Below are positions 40,849 to 50,625 of a stretch of DNA of 64,000 nucleotides, one piece after another. The first letter of the stretch is position 1, and each line of letters begins with the position of its first letter. The notes under the pieces were generated by a model. That model had not been told where the DNA came from, did not search any database, and worked only from the letters and a program-made list of their open reading frames with translations. The position numbers and the translations under genes were made by a program. Source of the stretch: Sphingobium sp. GTDB taxonomy: Bacteria > Pseudomonadota > Alphaproteobacteria > Sphingomonadales > Sphingomonadaceae. The DNA lies in the NCBI GenBank assembly GCA_040508785.1, contig JBEVME010000080.1, positions 481 to 64,480 of the forward strand, read 5' to 3'.

Positions 40849-40865
40849 GATACTGGAAGAATATC
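40849..40865. promoter_or_regulatory. GATA-N9-TATC palindrome (LysR-type box)
   Basis: GATActggaagaaTATC in the AT-rich spacer ~70 bp upstream of the amidohydrolase start. Confidence 0.6.
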
Positions 40866-40897
40866 ATCTGCCGTGTGGGCCCTGATACTGGTCTTGG

Positions 40898-42091
40898 TCA
40901 GTTTCGACGCAACAGCAGCGCGCCATAGCCAAAGCCGCCATTGCTGACCACTCCCAGACGGGGGTCCGCCAACTGGCGATCGCCTGCGTCACCCCACAAC
41001 TGACAGCAAGCCTCGAACAGATGGCCGTAGCCGTGGAAGCGCCCGGCCGACAGCTGCCCTCCGCTGGTGTTCATCGGCAATATCCCGTCCAGCCCGATCC
41101 GTTCACCGCCCTCGACGAGCGCCGCCGCTTCGCCGCGTCCGCAGATATTCAGGGCTTCGAGCCACAGCAGGGTCAGGATCGAGAAGCCGTCGTAAACCTG
41201 CGCGAAATCGAGATCGGCAGGTGTCAGGTCGGTGCGGGACCAAAGCATGTCCCCGGCCCGATCAGCCGGCAGGGACGTGAAATCACCCTCGTGCAAGCCC
41301 GCGCCGAACCCGCCGAGCGCCATGCCCATCGCTTCGATGCCGATCGGCGCACGGGCAAGATCAGGCGCGCAATCGACGTGCGACAGCAGGATCGCGGTCG
41401 ACCCGTCGATATGCGTATCGCAGTCATAGATGCGGAGCGGGTCGGCGATCAGGCGGGACGCGAGATAATCGTCTATGCTGATCGGCTCGCGGTAGATGGC
41501 ATTGGGATTGCGCGCCGCCATTTGCCGGCTGTTGACTGCGATCGCGCCGAGCTGGCGCTCAGTCGCGCCGAATTTGTCGAGATAGGCACGGGCATAGAGG
41601 GCGAACAGCGGCGCGGCCGACAGAGCGCCATAAGGCAATTGCCATGCCATACCGCCCCATGCGCGCGACGCGACGCTCAACCCGCCGCCGATGATCCCGG
41701 CATGATGAACCTGGGCGCGCGCGGTCGCCTGTGCCACCGTGCGGAACACCAGGACATGCCGGCATAGGCCGGACGCAATCGCCGAGATCGCGTTGAAGAT
41801 CGCGCCCATATGCGCGTGACCCTCGTTCGAGGCGCCGACCCAGGTGGGGCGAAGGCCCATGGCGATCATCAATTCGGTGGCGCCCACAGGCGACATGCCG
41901 TCCCCGTTCGCGATCAGTCCGGGATAGGTCGCGATGCCGTCAACATCGCCGGGATCCACGCCCGCGGAACGGATGGCCGCTCGACATGCATCGACCGTGA
42001 GCGCCAGTGCGTCGCGCGACGACGGGCGCGCGACTTCCGACTGACCCGCGCCGGAGATGCAGACGCGCTTTTCGGGAAAGGCCGTGGTCAA
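40898..42091 (-). CDS. Thiolase-superfamily protein (SCP-x/Ltp2-like) lacking the nucleophilic Cys
   Basis: ISGAGQS, NPNA, LRIYDCD..DG, QVYDGFS, NTSGGQLSAGRFHG. Confidence 0.88.
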   Translation of the reverse strand: MTTAFPEKRVCISGAGQSEVARPSSRDALALTVDACRAAIRSAGVDPGDVDGIATYPGLIANGDGMSPVGATELMIAMGLRPTWVGASNEGHAHMGAIFNAISAIASGLCRHVLVFRTVAQATARAQVHHAGIIGGGLSVASRAWGGMAWQLPYGALSAAPLFALYARAYLDKFGATERQLGAIAVNSRQMAARNPNAIYREPISIDDYLASRLIADPLRIYDCDTHIDGSTAILLSHVDCAPDLARAPIGIEAMGMALGGFGAGLHEGDFTSLPADRAGDMLWSRTDLTPADLDFAQVYDGFSILTLLWLEALNICGRGEAAALVEGGERIGLDGILPMNTSGGQLSAGRFHGYGHLFEACCQLWGDAGDRQLADPRLGVVSNGGFGYGALLLRRN

Positions 42092-42504
42092 AGGCTCACC
42101 GGAGAGAATATTGGCAGGAATATCCCCTCACGCTCCAGAAAGGACACGGCGACCGACATGCCGGACTTGACTGAATCGACCGGACAATTCTCGATCGTCG
42201 TCAGGACATACAGGCCCGCCTGCTCCTCCAGTTCGACCGCCGCAAAGATGAACGGCACTTTCATGCCAGGAAGCCAGCGCTGCCGGTTGATCGTGTAGGT
42301 CGCGATCCGACCCCTGCCCGACACCGCTTCAGGCCGCACATCGTCGCCGCCGCATTTCCGGCACACAGGCATGGGCGGGTGCAGGTAGAAGCTGCAACTG
42401 CGACAGCGCGCTATCCGCAGCACCTCGTCGGCGCCACTCGTCCAATAGGGCCTGTTGAGCGCGTCGAGGCCGGGCAGGACAGTTGCTACCTGCTCCTCCG
42501 CCAT
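42088..42504 (-). CDS. DUF35 Zn-ribbon/OB-fold protein
   Basis: CRSC..HPP..CRKC, SGRGRIATYT, AAVELEEQ; overlaps the thiolase start. Confidence 0.9.
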   Translation of the reverse strand: MAEEQVATVLPGLDALNRPYWTSGADEVLRIARCRSCSFYLHPPMPVCRKCGGDDVRPEAVSGRGRIATYTINRQRWLPGMKVPFIFAAVELEEQAGLYVLTTIENCPVDSVKSGMSVAVSFLEREGIFLPIFSPVSL

Positions 42505-42506
42505 GG

Positions 42507-43754
42507 TCAATAAACCACTCCGGCGACCTTCAGGTCCAGGATGGCGTCCTCGTCATAGCCCAGTTCGGCGAGCACAACGTCATTGTGCGCGCCCTTTTCG
42601 GGAGCCGGGCGCGCGATCAGTGCGGCACGATCGAACTGCATCGGCGCGCTCACCATCTTGAGCGAGCGGCCGTCGCCATAGTCGACCTCCTGCATCATAC
42701 CGTTCGCTTCAACCTGGGCGTCCCGGTGCAATTCGCCAGCCTTCTGGACCACATCCCACTGTCCGTCCTGCGTCGCCAGCGCCGCCTTCCAATGCTCCAG
42801 CGTTCCGGTCGCGAAGATGGCATCGATGATGGTGACGCACTCGTCGATATTGGCCGCGCGAGATTCTCCGGTCGCAAATCGCGGATCGGCGGCGAGTGCC
42901 TCATGGCCGACAGCCTTGCAAAAGTCCGGCCAGTAGCGCTGACCCTGCAACATGCACAGCGCGAGGTACCGATCGTCGGACGTGCGATAGGTATTGACCA
43001 GGGGATTGGGCAGCGCGGTCCGGCCGTGGCGCGGGAGAGTCGGGACACCCCGCAATGTCGCCTCGGTGATTGTCCGCTGCATCGACCACATGCTGGTCCC
43101 CAGCAGCGACACATCGACGACCGATGGCTCCCCAGTTGTCGCCCGCTTGTAGAGCGCCGCGCATATGCCCCCTGCCAGGGCCATGCCGCTGGTGGTGTCG
43201 CCGAACGCACCCGACGGCATCGGCAGCGGATAGGGCTGCTCGGGGGGTGTCACCGCGTCCGAAACCCCGCCCCGCGCCCAGAAGGTGATTGCGTCATAGC
43301 CCCCCTTCTCCGCGTCGGGCCCATGTGCGCCGGTGCCGCTGCCGACCGCGTAGATCAGCGTGGGGTGGCGAGCGCGGATCGCATCGACGTCGATGCCAAG
43401 GCGACGGCGCGACGCGGGCAGCAGGCTGGTCAGAAAGACATCGGCCTTTTCCAGCATCTGATGCAGCACGTCGATGGCGCCTTCGACGTGCAGATCGAGC
43501 GTCACGCTGCGCTTGCCGCGATTGTAATTTTCCCAGGACAGTACGAAGCCCTGCGCCGATCCGGGCACGTCGGCGCCAGTCACCAGCCCGCGAATCGGAT
43601 CGCCAGCGGGCGGTTCGAGCTTGATGACGTCGGCGCCCATGTCCGACAATATGCCGCCGGCCGACGGGACGAACGCCCACATCGCCACCTCGACCACCTT
43701 TATCCCCGCCAGTGGTCCGCTCAATGCCATCTCCGCCTGCATGTCCGCTGCCAT
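42507..43754 (-). CDS. Class III CoA-transferase (CaiB/BaiF)
   Basis: PLAGIKVVE, DMGADVIKLEPPAGDP, NRGKRS, GYD, AFGD, APEKGAH. Confidence 0.93.
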   Translation of the reverse strand: MAADMQAEMALSGPLAGIKVVEVAMWAFVPSAGGILSDMGADVIKLEPPAGDPIRGLVTGADVPGSAQGFVLSWENYNRGKRSVTLDLHVEGAIDVLHQMLEKADVFLTSLLPASRRRLGIDVDAIRARHPTLIYAVGSGTGAHGPDAEKGGYDAITFWARGGVSDAVTPPEQPYPLPMPSGAFGDTTSGMALAGGICAALYKRATTGEPSVVDVSLLGTSMWSMQRTITEATLRGVPTLPRHGRTALPNPLVNTYRTSDDRYLALCMLQGQRYWPDFCKAVGHEALAADPRFATGESRAANIDECVTIIDAIFATGTLEHWKAALATQDGQWDVVQKAGELHRDAQVEANGMMQEVDYGDGRSLKMVSAPMQFDRAALIARPAPEKGAHNDVVLAELGYDEDAILDLKVAGVVY

Positions 43755-43902
43755 TGCAGCTCATCTGCAACGCTTAGGGGAGCGCGAACTTTGCTGTCCA
43801 ATACCAAAACCCCGGTTTTTGATATTGTCATGAATAGGCGGGCGACCGCAATCGTCGTCAGCAGCTGCGTGGGAGGCGCTAACCTTCCCAAAGCCATCTG
43901 CC

Positions 43903-46900
43903 CTAACGCCCCAACAAGCTCCGCGCCTGCCCGGCTATTTCAGCCAGCATCGCGACATTGGGGACTGCCGCCGCCCGCGCGCGCTGGACGAGCGCGCGGA
44001 ACTGACGGACGCGGGCCGCCTTGGCATCCAGCCAGCCGTCCACATCGGCCAACTCGGCCTTGCTCCGGCCCTTGCCCTGTGCCAGGAAATCGAGGCGAAC
44101 CTGCTGCATATCGCGCGCCACTCCGGCGATCAGCAACCGCTCCCATGGATCGCTCGGTTCCATCCGCGCGGCGGCTGACTGGACCCAATCGATGCCGACC
44201 GCTTCGCCCAAATGGGTGAACGCCCGCGTGAGCGCCACCTCGTCCAGCTTCATCCGCCCGGCCAGCGCCGCAATTCCCACCGCTCCGTCCAGCTTGAAGA
44301 GCAGAGCGGTCCGACCGACCAGCCCCTCCGGCGCACCCAGCGAAAGTAGCCGGTCGGTGATCGCCGCCGTCCGGCGAAGCGCCTCGCTGGTAAGCAGGTC
44401 GTCCACCTGTGCCGCCAGCTTGGCCACGCCTTCGGCCAGCGCGGCGCTGCCCTCGCTGGGCAGCGTTCCGGCCGGCAACGCTCGCAAGATGTCGGCGATC
44501 TGCGCGCGCATACCGCTCGCGATGTCGCCGAACAGCGCCAGCCGCGCATCTTCCGACATATCAGCAGCGTCGATATCGTCCCACAGCGCCTGGACGCCGT
44601 ACAATCGCTCGGCGATCAGGAAGGCGTTGGCGAGGTCCGCGAGCGAACAGCCCTCTTCCTCGGCCAGTTCGAATGGATGGATGATGCCCAGCCGGTTGAT
44701 GATGCGGTTGGCAACCTCGGTCGCGATGATCGGCCCGCGCAACTGGTGCGCGGCGATGGCGTCCGCTTCCCTTTGTTGCATTTCTGCGGGGAACGACGCG
44801 GCCAGCTCCGCGCCCATGCTCGGGTCGCTCGCGAGCGCGCCGTGCTCGATCGCATCCTGCAGCGACAATTTTGCGGTGGAGAGAAGGATCGCCAGCTCCG
44901 GCCGTGTAAGCCCCTGCCCGTCCTGCGCTCGGCGCAGCAGCTGGTCGTTCGCGCCCAGCCCCTCGACCCGGCGATCGAGCCGGCCGGTCTCCTCGAATGT
45001 CTCGATCAGGCGGACATAGCTCGCCAGATCGGCCGCGCCGCCCCGTTCGGCGATGGAGAGACCCAGCGCCTGGAGCCTGTTGTCCTCCAGCACGATCTCG
45101 GCGACCGCATCGGTCATTTGGACGAGCAGTTCGTTGCGCTGGTCGAAGCTGAGCCGGCCCTCCACCATTTCCCTGTTGAGCGCGATCTTGATATTCACCT
45201 CATTGTCCGAACAATCGACCCCGGCCGAATTGTCGATGAAGTCGGTGTTGATGCGGCCGCCGCCCAGCGCGTAGGCGATCCGCCCGGCCTGGGTCACGCC
45301 CAGATTGGCCCCCTCCCCTATCACTTTCGCGCGCACCTCTTCGGCGTTGACGCGCAGCCGGTCGTTTGCGGCGTCCCCGACGTCGCTATGGCTTTGCGCC
45401 GCCGCCTTCACATAGGTGCCGATGCCGCCGAACCAGAGCAGGTCGGCCTGTGCCTTTAGGATCGCGGAGATCAACGCCGCCGGCTCCATCGCGCTCTCGA
45501 CGACGCCCAGCAAGGCTTGCACCTCGACGCTGAGCGGTACGTTTTTGAGGGTGCGAGGAAAGACGCCGCCACCGTTGGAGATCAATCCCTTTTCATAATC
45601 GTCCCAGCTGGACCGGGGCAGCTTGAACAGCCGCGCCCGTTCCTTCCAGCTCGCGGCCGGATCGGGATCGGGGTCGAGGAAGATGTGCCGGTGGTCGAAG
45701 GCGGCCACCAGCCTGATCGACTTGCTCAGCAACATGCCATTGCCGAACACGTCGCCCGACATATCGCCGCAACCAACCACGCTGATCGGCTGGGTCTGCA
45801 CGTCCACGCCCATTTCGGCGAAATGGCGCTGTACGCTGATCCAGGCACCCCTGGCGGTAATGCCCATCGCCTTGTGGTCATAGCCGTTGGAGCCACCGCT
45901 CGCAAAGGCATCACCCAGCCAGAAGCCGCGTTCCAGCGCGATGGCATTGGCGATGTCGCTGAACGTCGCCGTACCCTTGTCGGCGGCGACGACGAAATAC
46001 GGGTCATCGCCGTCACGGACCACGAGACCCCTGGGATGGACGACCTTGTTCTTCGCGATGTCGTCAGTCACCGACAGCAGCGCGCGAATGAAGATGCGAT
46101 AGCTTTCGGTTCCCTCCGCCATCCAGGCGTCGCGATCCAACTGCGGGCTGGGAAGCTGCTTGGGATAGAAGCCGCCCTTGGCGCCGGTCGGAACGATGAC
46201 CGCGTTCTTGACGCGCTGCGCCTTCATCAGTCCCAGCACTTCGGTGCGGAAATCGTCGCGGCGGTCCGACCAGCGCAGACCGCCGCGCGCGACCGGCCCG
46301 GCGCGCAGGTGGATGCCTTCGACACGGGGACTGTAGACCCATATCTCGCGCCAGGGCAGCGGCAACGGCAGGCCCGGAATCAGCGCACTATCGAGCTTGA
46401 AGGCCAGGGCCTCCGCGCCCGAAGGCACGAAGAAATTGGTGCGCAGGGTCGCCCTCACCACGGCGCGCAGCAGTCGCAGGATACGATCTTCGTCGATCGC
46501 GCTGACCTGCTCCAGCCCGGTATCGATCGCGGAATCTGCTGCTGCCGCGAGCGCGTCGCGACCTTCCACGGCCGGGTCATGCAGCGCGCCGAACAAGGCG
46601 ATGATCTCGTGCGCGATGCCCTGCTCATGACGGAGCGTCTCGGCGACCGTGGCAAGGCCGTAGTTCATGCCGCTCTGCCGCAGATATCGGAACAGCGCGC
46701 GGAACAGGACGACCGACCGGGGTGCAAGCCCGGCGGCGACTATAAGTTCGTTGAACCGGTCATTCTCCGCGCGCCCCTCTACCACCTGGGCGATCGCTTC
46801 GGTGACGATGTCTGCGCGATCTACGACCAACTGCGCGTCGCCGCCGACCGGCAGTTCCAGAATGAAGCGCTGGACATGGCCGAGCGCGCCGCCATCAATC

Positions 46901-48570
46901 GCGGTCGCCATCTCCTCGATCACGCGGAACCCGAAATTTTCGAACGCCGGCACGACTTCCGACAGGGCGATCGCCTCGTTGCTGTACAGCTTCAGGCGCA
47001 GCCGTTCGGCCGCATCCTCGGCATTGCGGTACACCCGGATCGCTCGATCGCTAGCGCCCGTCAGGCCATGCAGCAGTCGGATGTCGATCGCCGCTTCCGA
47101 CGGTCCGGCGCCGTTGCGATACGCCATCGGGAATCCGGGCGCGAAGCGCTGCGCCAGCGCCGCGGCACGACCGGCATCTTCGGTCTCCGCCAATGCCTCC
47201 TCTACGGCGGGAATCCAGCCCCGCACCATCGTACGGATCTGGCGATCCAGCGCTGCGTCGTCCGGCATGACGCCTCCGTCGCGCAGGTCGATGGTGATGC
47301 GCAGCATGGCGAGGCCACCCTCCTCCAAGGCGATCGACCAGCTCAACACCTTGCCGTTCGCCGCCTCCGCCAGCATCGTCTGGATCTGTACGCGCCGCGC
47401 GGTCGACAAGTCGTCGCGCGGCAGCCAGACAAAGGCGTACAGGTGCCGGTTGAGCGCGCTCGTTGCGAGGGCCAGCTTCGGGCGCGGTCGATCGGTCAGC
47501 GACATGAAGGTCAGAGCCAGCCGCTCCAGCGTCTCGCGATCGAACCCGAGCAATATGTCGTGCGGCAGCGCGGTCAGCGCGTGAGCGAGGGTCTTGCCCG
47601 CATGGCCGCCTGCATCGAAGCCGAACTTGTCCATCAGCGCCGACAGCGATGATCGCAGCAGCGGCACCTTGTCCGGCGATGCGGCCAGTCCGGCGCTGGT
47701 CCAGATGCCGGCATGGACCGATAGCGCGATCACATCCTTGCCCTGGCGGACCGGCAGGATGAAGAGATCGAGCAGGACGGGCCGGTGGACCAGCGACAGA
47801 CGGTTCGATTTGATGATGAGCGGGGCACGCCTGCCTTCCTCGAACCAGTCGAACGCCGCCGCCAGCGAAGCGGGCGCGATGAGGCCGGTTCCGTCGAGCG
47901 CACATATGCCCAGATCGTCCCCGGTCGTGCCGTCCCGGCCGATCTGCTGATAGCCGATCTGGGTGAAGTGTCTTGCGAGCAGCCAGCGCAACAGCGCCGC
48001 GCCTTCCTCGTCAGACACCGCGTCGGCATCGGCTGCCATCGCCTCGCGCATCTTTGGCCAGTCGGTCACGGCGGCGCGGACATGGGCCAGCGTATCGCGC
48101 AACATGCGGTCCAGCGCGCGGCGCGCCTTCGCATCGGCCCGGTCGGCCTCGATGTAGATCATGGATTCGCGGCGGGCGCCGGGCGCTTCGTCGTTCAGGA
48201 TCGCCTTCAATGTCCCGTCCCTGTCGCGCTCGACCGACAGGACGGGATGCAGCAGGCGATGAATGGTGATGTCCACCGCAGCCAGCCGATGGGCGACCGA
48301 ATCCACCAGGAACGGCATGTCGTCATTGACCAGCGCGATCTGCATAAAGCGGCCGTTGGCGCCCTCGCCCAATGTGTCGATGCCGACAGACCCGCCGCCG
48401 CCCTTGCGCTGGTGCGCCACGCCACCCAGGAAGGTCGCCGCGCGCTCGACCGCTGCGTCGTCGAACCCCTCGGTCTCGCCAGGCAGGGCTCCGCCGGCCA
48501 GGGCGCCTTCCAGCGCCTGACGGATGGACAGATCGACTTTCTTGATTCCGGCTTCCGCGACCGAGGTCAT
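43903..48570 (-). CDS. gdhB: Large NAD-specific glutamate dehydrogenase
   Basis: 1555 aa; DDMPFLVDS, ARGGLRWSDRRDDFRTE, VAADKGTATFSD, GYDHKAMGITA, GDMSGDVFGNG. Confidence 0.96.
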   Translation of the reverse strand: MTSVAEAGIKKVDLSIRQALEGALAGGALPGETEGFDDAAVERAATFLGGVAHQRKGGGGSVGIDTLGEGANGRFMQIALVNDDMPFLVDSVAHRLAAVDITIHRLLHPVLSVERDRDGTLKAILNDEAPGARRESMIYIEADRADAKARRALDRMLRDTLAHVRAAVTDWPKMREAMAADADAVSDEEGAALLRWLLARHFTQIGYQQIGRDGTTGDDLGICALDGTGLIAPASLAAAFDWFEEGRRAPLIIKSNRLSLVHRPVLLDLFILPVRQGKDVIALSVHAGIWTSAGLAASPDKVPLLRSSLSALMDKFGFDAGGHAGKTLAHALTALPHDILLGFDRETLERLALTFMSLTDRPRPKLALATSALNRHLYAFVWLPRDDLSTARRVQIQTMLAEAANGKVLSWSIALEEGGLAMLRITIDLRDGGVMPDDAALDRQIRTMVRGWIPAVEEALAETEDAGRAAALAQRFAPGFPMAYRNGAGPSEAAIDIRLLHGLTGASDRAIRVYRNAEDAAERLRLKLYSNEAIALSEVVPAFENFGFRVIEEMATAIDGGALGHVQRFILELPVGGDAQLVVDRADIVTEAIAQVVEGRAENDRFNELIVAAGLAPRSVVLFRALFRYLRQSGMNYGLATVAETLRHEQGIAHEIIALFGALHDPAVEGRDALAAAADSAIDTGLEQVSAIDEDRILRLLRAVVRATLRTNFFVPSGAEALAFKLDSALIPGLPLPLPWREIWVYSPRVEGIHLRAGPVARGGLRWSDRRDDFRTEVLGLMKAQRVKNAVIVPTGAKGGFYPKQLPSPQLDRDAWMAEGTESYRIFIRALLSVTDDIAKNKVVHPRGLVVRDGDDPYFVVAADKGTATFSDIANAIALERGFWLGDAFASGGSNGYDHKAMGITARGAWISVQRHFAEMGVDVQTQPISVVGCGDMSGDVFGNGMLLSKSIRLVAAFDHRHIFLDPDPDPAASWKERARLFKLPRSSWDDYEKGLISNGGGVFPRTLKNVPLSVEVQALLGVVESAMEPAALISAILKAQADLLWFGGIGTYVKAAAQSHSDVGDAANDRLRVNAEEVRAKVIGEGANLGVTQAGRIAYALGGGRINTDFIDNSAGVDCSDNEVNIKIALNREMVEGRLSFDQRNELLVQMTDAVAEIVLEDNRLQALGLSIAERGGAADLASYVRLIETFEETGRLDRRVEGLGANDQLLRRAQDGQGLTRPELAILLSTAKLSLQDAIEHGALASDPSMGAELAASFPAEMQQREADAIAAHQLRGPIIATEVANRIINRLGIIHPFELAEEEGCSLADLANAFLIAERLYGVQALWDDIDAADMSEDARLALFGDIASGMRAQIADILRALPAGTLPSEGSAALAEGVAKLAAQVDDLLTSEALRRTAAITDRLLSLGAPEGLVGRTALLFKLDGAVGIAALAGRMKLDEVALTRAFTHLGEAVGIDWVQSAAARMEPSDPWERLLIAGVARDMQQVRLDFLAQGKGRSKAELADVDGWLDAKAARVRQFRALVQRARAAAVPNVAMLAEIAGQARSLLGR

Positions 48571-48750
48571 GCGCCTCTCCTGATGTCCGCGCGCGATGGC
48601 CGCGCGCCATGACGTGGGAAGGCGGCTATTGGCGGGCCGGCGACTCCCCGACGAGGCCGCCTATATGCTCTTTAGGGTCCGCGGCCTCAACCCCGCGATA
48701 GAAATATAGTTTCGACAGAACGTAAGATAATGACTCGGCCGTTGCGCCAG

Positions 48751-50025
48751 TCAGCGACTCGCCGCGAGCAGCACGCGGGGCGCGAGCTTGGACCCCTGTG
48801 GCAGGGAGCCGACGATGGAAAAGCCGCCCAGCGCGTCGCGCCGCGCGACGACGACGGCCAGCCCGTCGGCATCGGCTGCAATGGCCTCAGGCTCCAGGGC
48901 CGCCGCCGCGAGCATCGCCGCGCGGGCGCGGACGCCATGGTCGGGGCGCGGCGGCGCTTCGGCACGGCGCAACGCACGCTCATCGCGCACCAGGGCCTTG
49001 AGGCCGCCAGCATAGCCTGCAAGATAGTCGGACAGGCTGCCCATCGCCATGCCGCCAGCCCAGCCATGGTCGAGCGCGGTCGCATATTCGGTGAGCCGCG
49101 TCTTGTCATAGGTGGACCCGAAAACGAGCTTGGCGATCGCGGTCATTGGGCTGCGCGCCTGTACCTTGATGCCGGCGTCGGCAATCATCGTAGCATAATC
49201 ATTCGGTGCATCATGGGCCGCCAGGGCGAAGTCATAGGCCAGGCCAATGGCACGATACAGCGCGGCATGGCTGCGCCCTTCGCTCGTGCGCGCCTGCTCC
49301 GCGCCGTCGCGGGCGAGCGCAAGCCAGTCGGTCAGGGGTGCATCGGCCGATGGGCCTTCCATCCCGGCCAGATCAAGCGGCTCGTCGCCCAGGCCGGCCA
49401 GCGGGCCATCGGCCCAGATCGGGGTGGGCGCGCGAGACAGGGGTGCGTGTGTGAGTGCCGCTTCGACTTCACGCTCAAGCGAAGCGGTGACGTCGCGCGC
49501 CGCCAGTTGTTTCCAGTTGATGACGCCGAACACGAAGTCGATCGTATCGTCGTCCGAGGAAAAGGGCATCAATATGCCACGGTACAGTATCTCCGTGCCG
49601 CGCTGGTTGACGAACTCCGCCTCGAACCCGATCGGCGCGGCATTCGCGATGATCTGAAGATAATGGTCGGTCAGGCGTGATAGCAAAGACCGTGCCGGTA
49701 CATCGTCGATATGATTGATCGTCCCCTCGATGTCGCATTCCTGGCGCAACGCAGTGCCGAGATAGACGATGCCGGGATTGCCGAGCCCCATGCTGAAATC
49801 CAGCAGGACGCTGTGCGGGCCGAAATCCTCGAGCTGATCGGGGGACAGGTCCTCGATCGAAGGCAGCGTCCGGTCGCCCAGCAGCGACGCCCAATAATTA
49901 TAGGCACGCACCTGCATCCGCCGTTCATCCGGCCCCAATGCCTGCGGCGAATCAAACGAGGCGTCGTCGGCAAAATCGAAATCGTCCTGGTCGTTGGCGA
50001 CTTCGTGCCCGTGCAGAGTGTCCAT
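48751..50025 (-). CDS. Conserved hypothetical protein with PAS-like N-terminal domain
   Basis: DERRMQVRAYNYW..LPSIEDL..SLLSRLTDHYLQIIANAAPIGFEAEF..YRGILMPF; start 50025 or 50043. Confidence 0.75.
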   Translation of the reverse strand: MDTLHGHEVANDQDDFDFADDASFDSPQALGPDERRMQVRAYNYWASLLGDRTLPSIEDLSPDQLEDFGPHSVLLDFSMGLGNPGIVYLGTALRQECDIEGTINHIDDVPARSLLSRLTDHYLQIIANAAPIGFEAEFVNQRGTEILYRGILMPFSSDDDTIDFVFGVINWKQLAARDVTASLEREVEAALTHAPLSRAPTPIWADGPLAGLGDEPLDLAGMEGPSADAPLTDWLALARDGAEQARTSEGRSHAALYRAIGLAYDFALAAHDAPNDYATMIADAGIKVQARSPMTAIAKLVFGSTYDKTRLTEYATALDHGWAGGMAMGSLSDYLAGYAGGLKALVRDERALRRAEAPPRPDHGVRARAAMLAAAALEPEAIAADADGLAVVVARRDALGGFSIVGSLPQGSKLAPRVLLAASR

Positions 50026-50282
50026 CCGGTCGGCCTTGCGCATAGCTGTGTCTTTGGGACTCACAGTGCCAGCGGATGGTAAACAGGCCGTGAACGCCCG
50101 GCCAAAGCGGCATAAGGCCCTAATTGGCCGCTTGTTTCGTGACGCGCGCGCTGTTATCTGCCCCGCCGACGCCACCTCGCCGGGTCGCAGATCATCGCTC
50201 GTCCGATGCGCCGCTCTGCCGAAAAGCGAGGTTCCCTATGGAAGCCACTTCCGCTAGGGAGGCGCCACACGTCCGGGTTCAT

Positions 50283-50358
50283 GCCGCTTTAGCTCAGCCG
50301 GTAGAGCACATCATTCGTAATGATGGGGTCAGGTGTTCGAGTCACCTAAGCGGCACCA
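50283..50358 (+). tRNA. tRNA-Thr(CGT)
   Basis: 76 nt; acceptor stem GCCGCTT/AAGCGGC; anticodon arm CATCA-TTCGTAA-TGATG; GTTCGAG T-loop; encoded CCA. Confidence 0.97.
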
Positions 50359-50625
50359 CCCCTTCCGCAGGGAAGTTTCTGAAACCGAAGGGAAGTGCCT
50401 TTCGGCCTAGGCCGGAGGGATGGCCTTGCTTGTGTGCCTTGGGCCTTCAAACGGAGCGTCGCAGTGGGAGGACGTGGGACGATGATGTCTTAGTCCCGAC
50501 CCTCTTTCGGTCTCTCAGAGCAACGAAAGCCCCGTCCCGGGGTCGTTTTGTGAAGGGCTAGCACTAAGGCTGATTGATTCTGCGTTCTCGCGGGCAGCCG
50601 AAATGTCGGCAGGCAGTCCGTCGGA

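Noticed and set aside
45517-47652. 711-aa plus-strand ORF
   Set aside because: Antisense shadow of gdhB.
50522-50549. Hairpin with short T-run downstream of the tRNA
   Set aside because: Short bulged stem ~160 bp from the tRNA; too weak to call a terminator.
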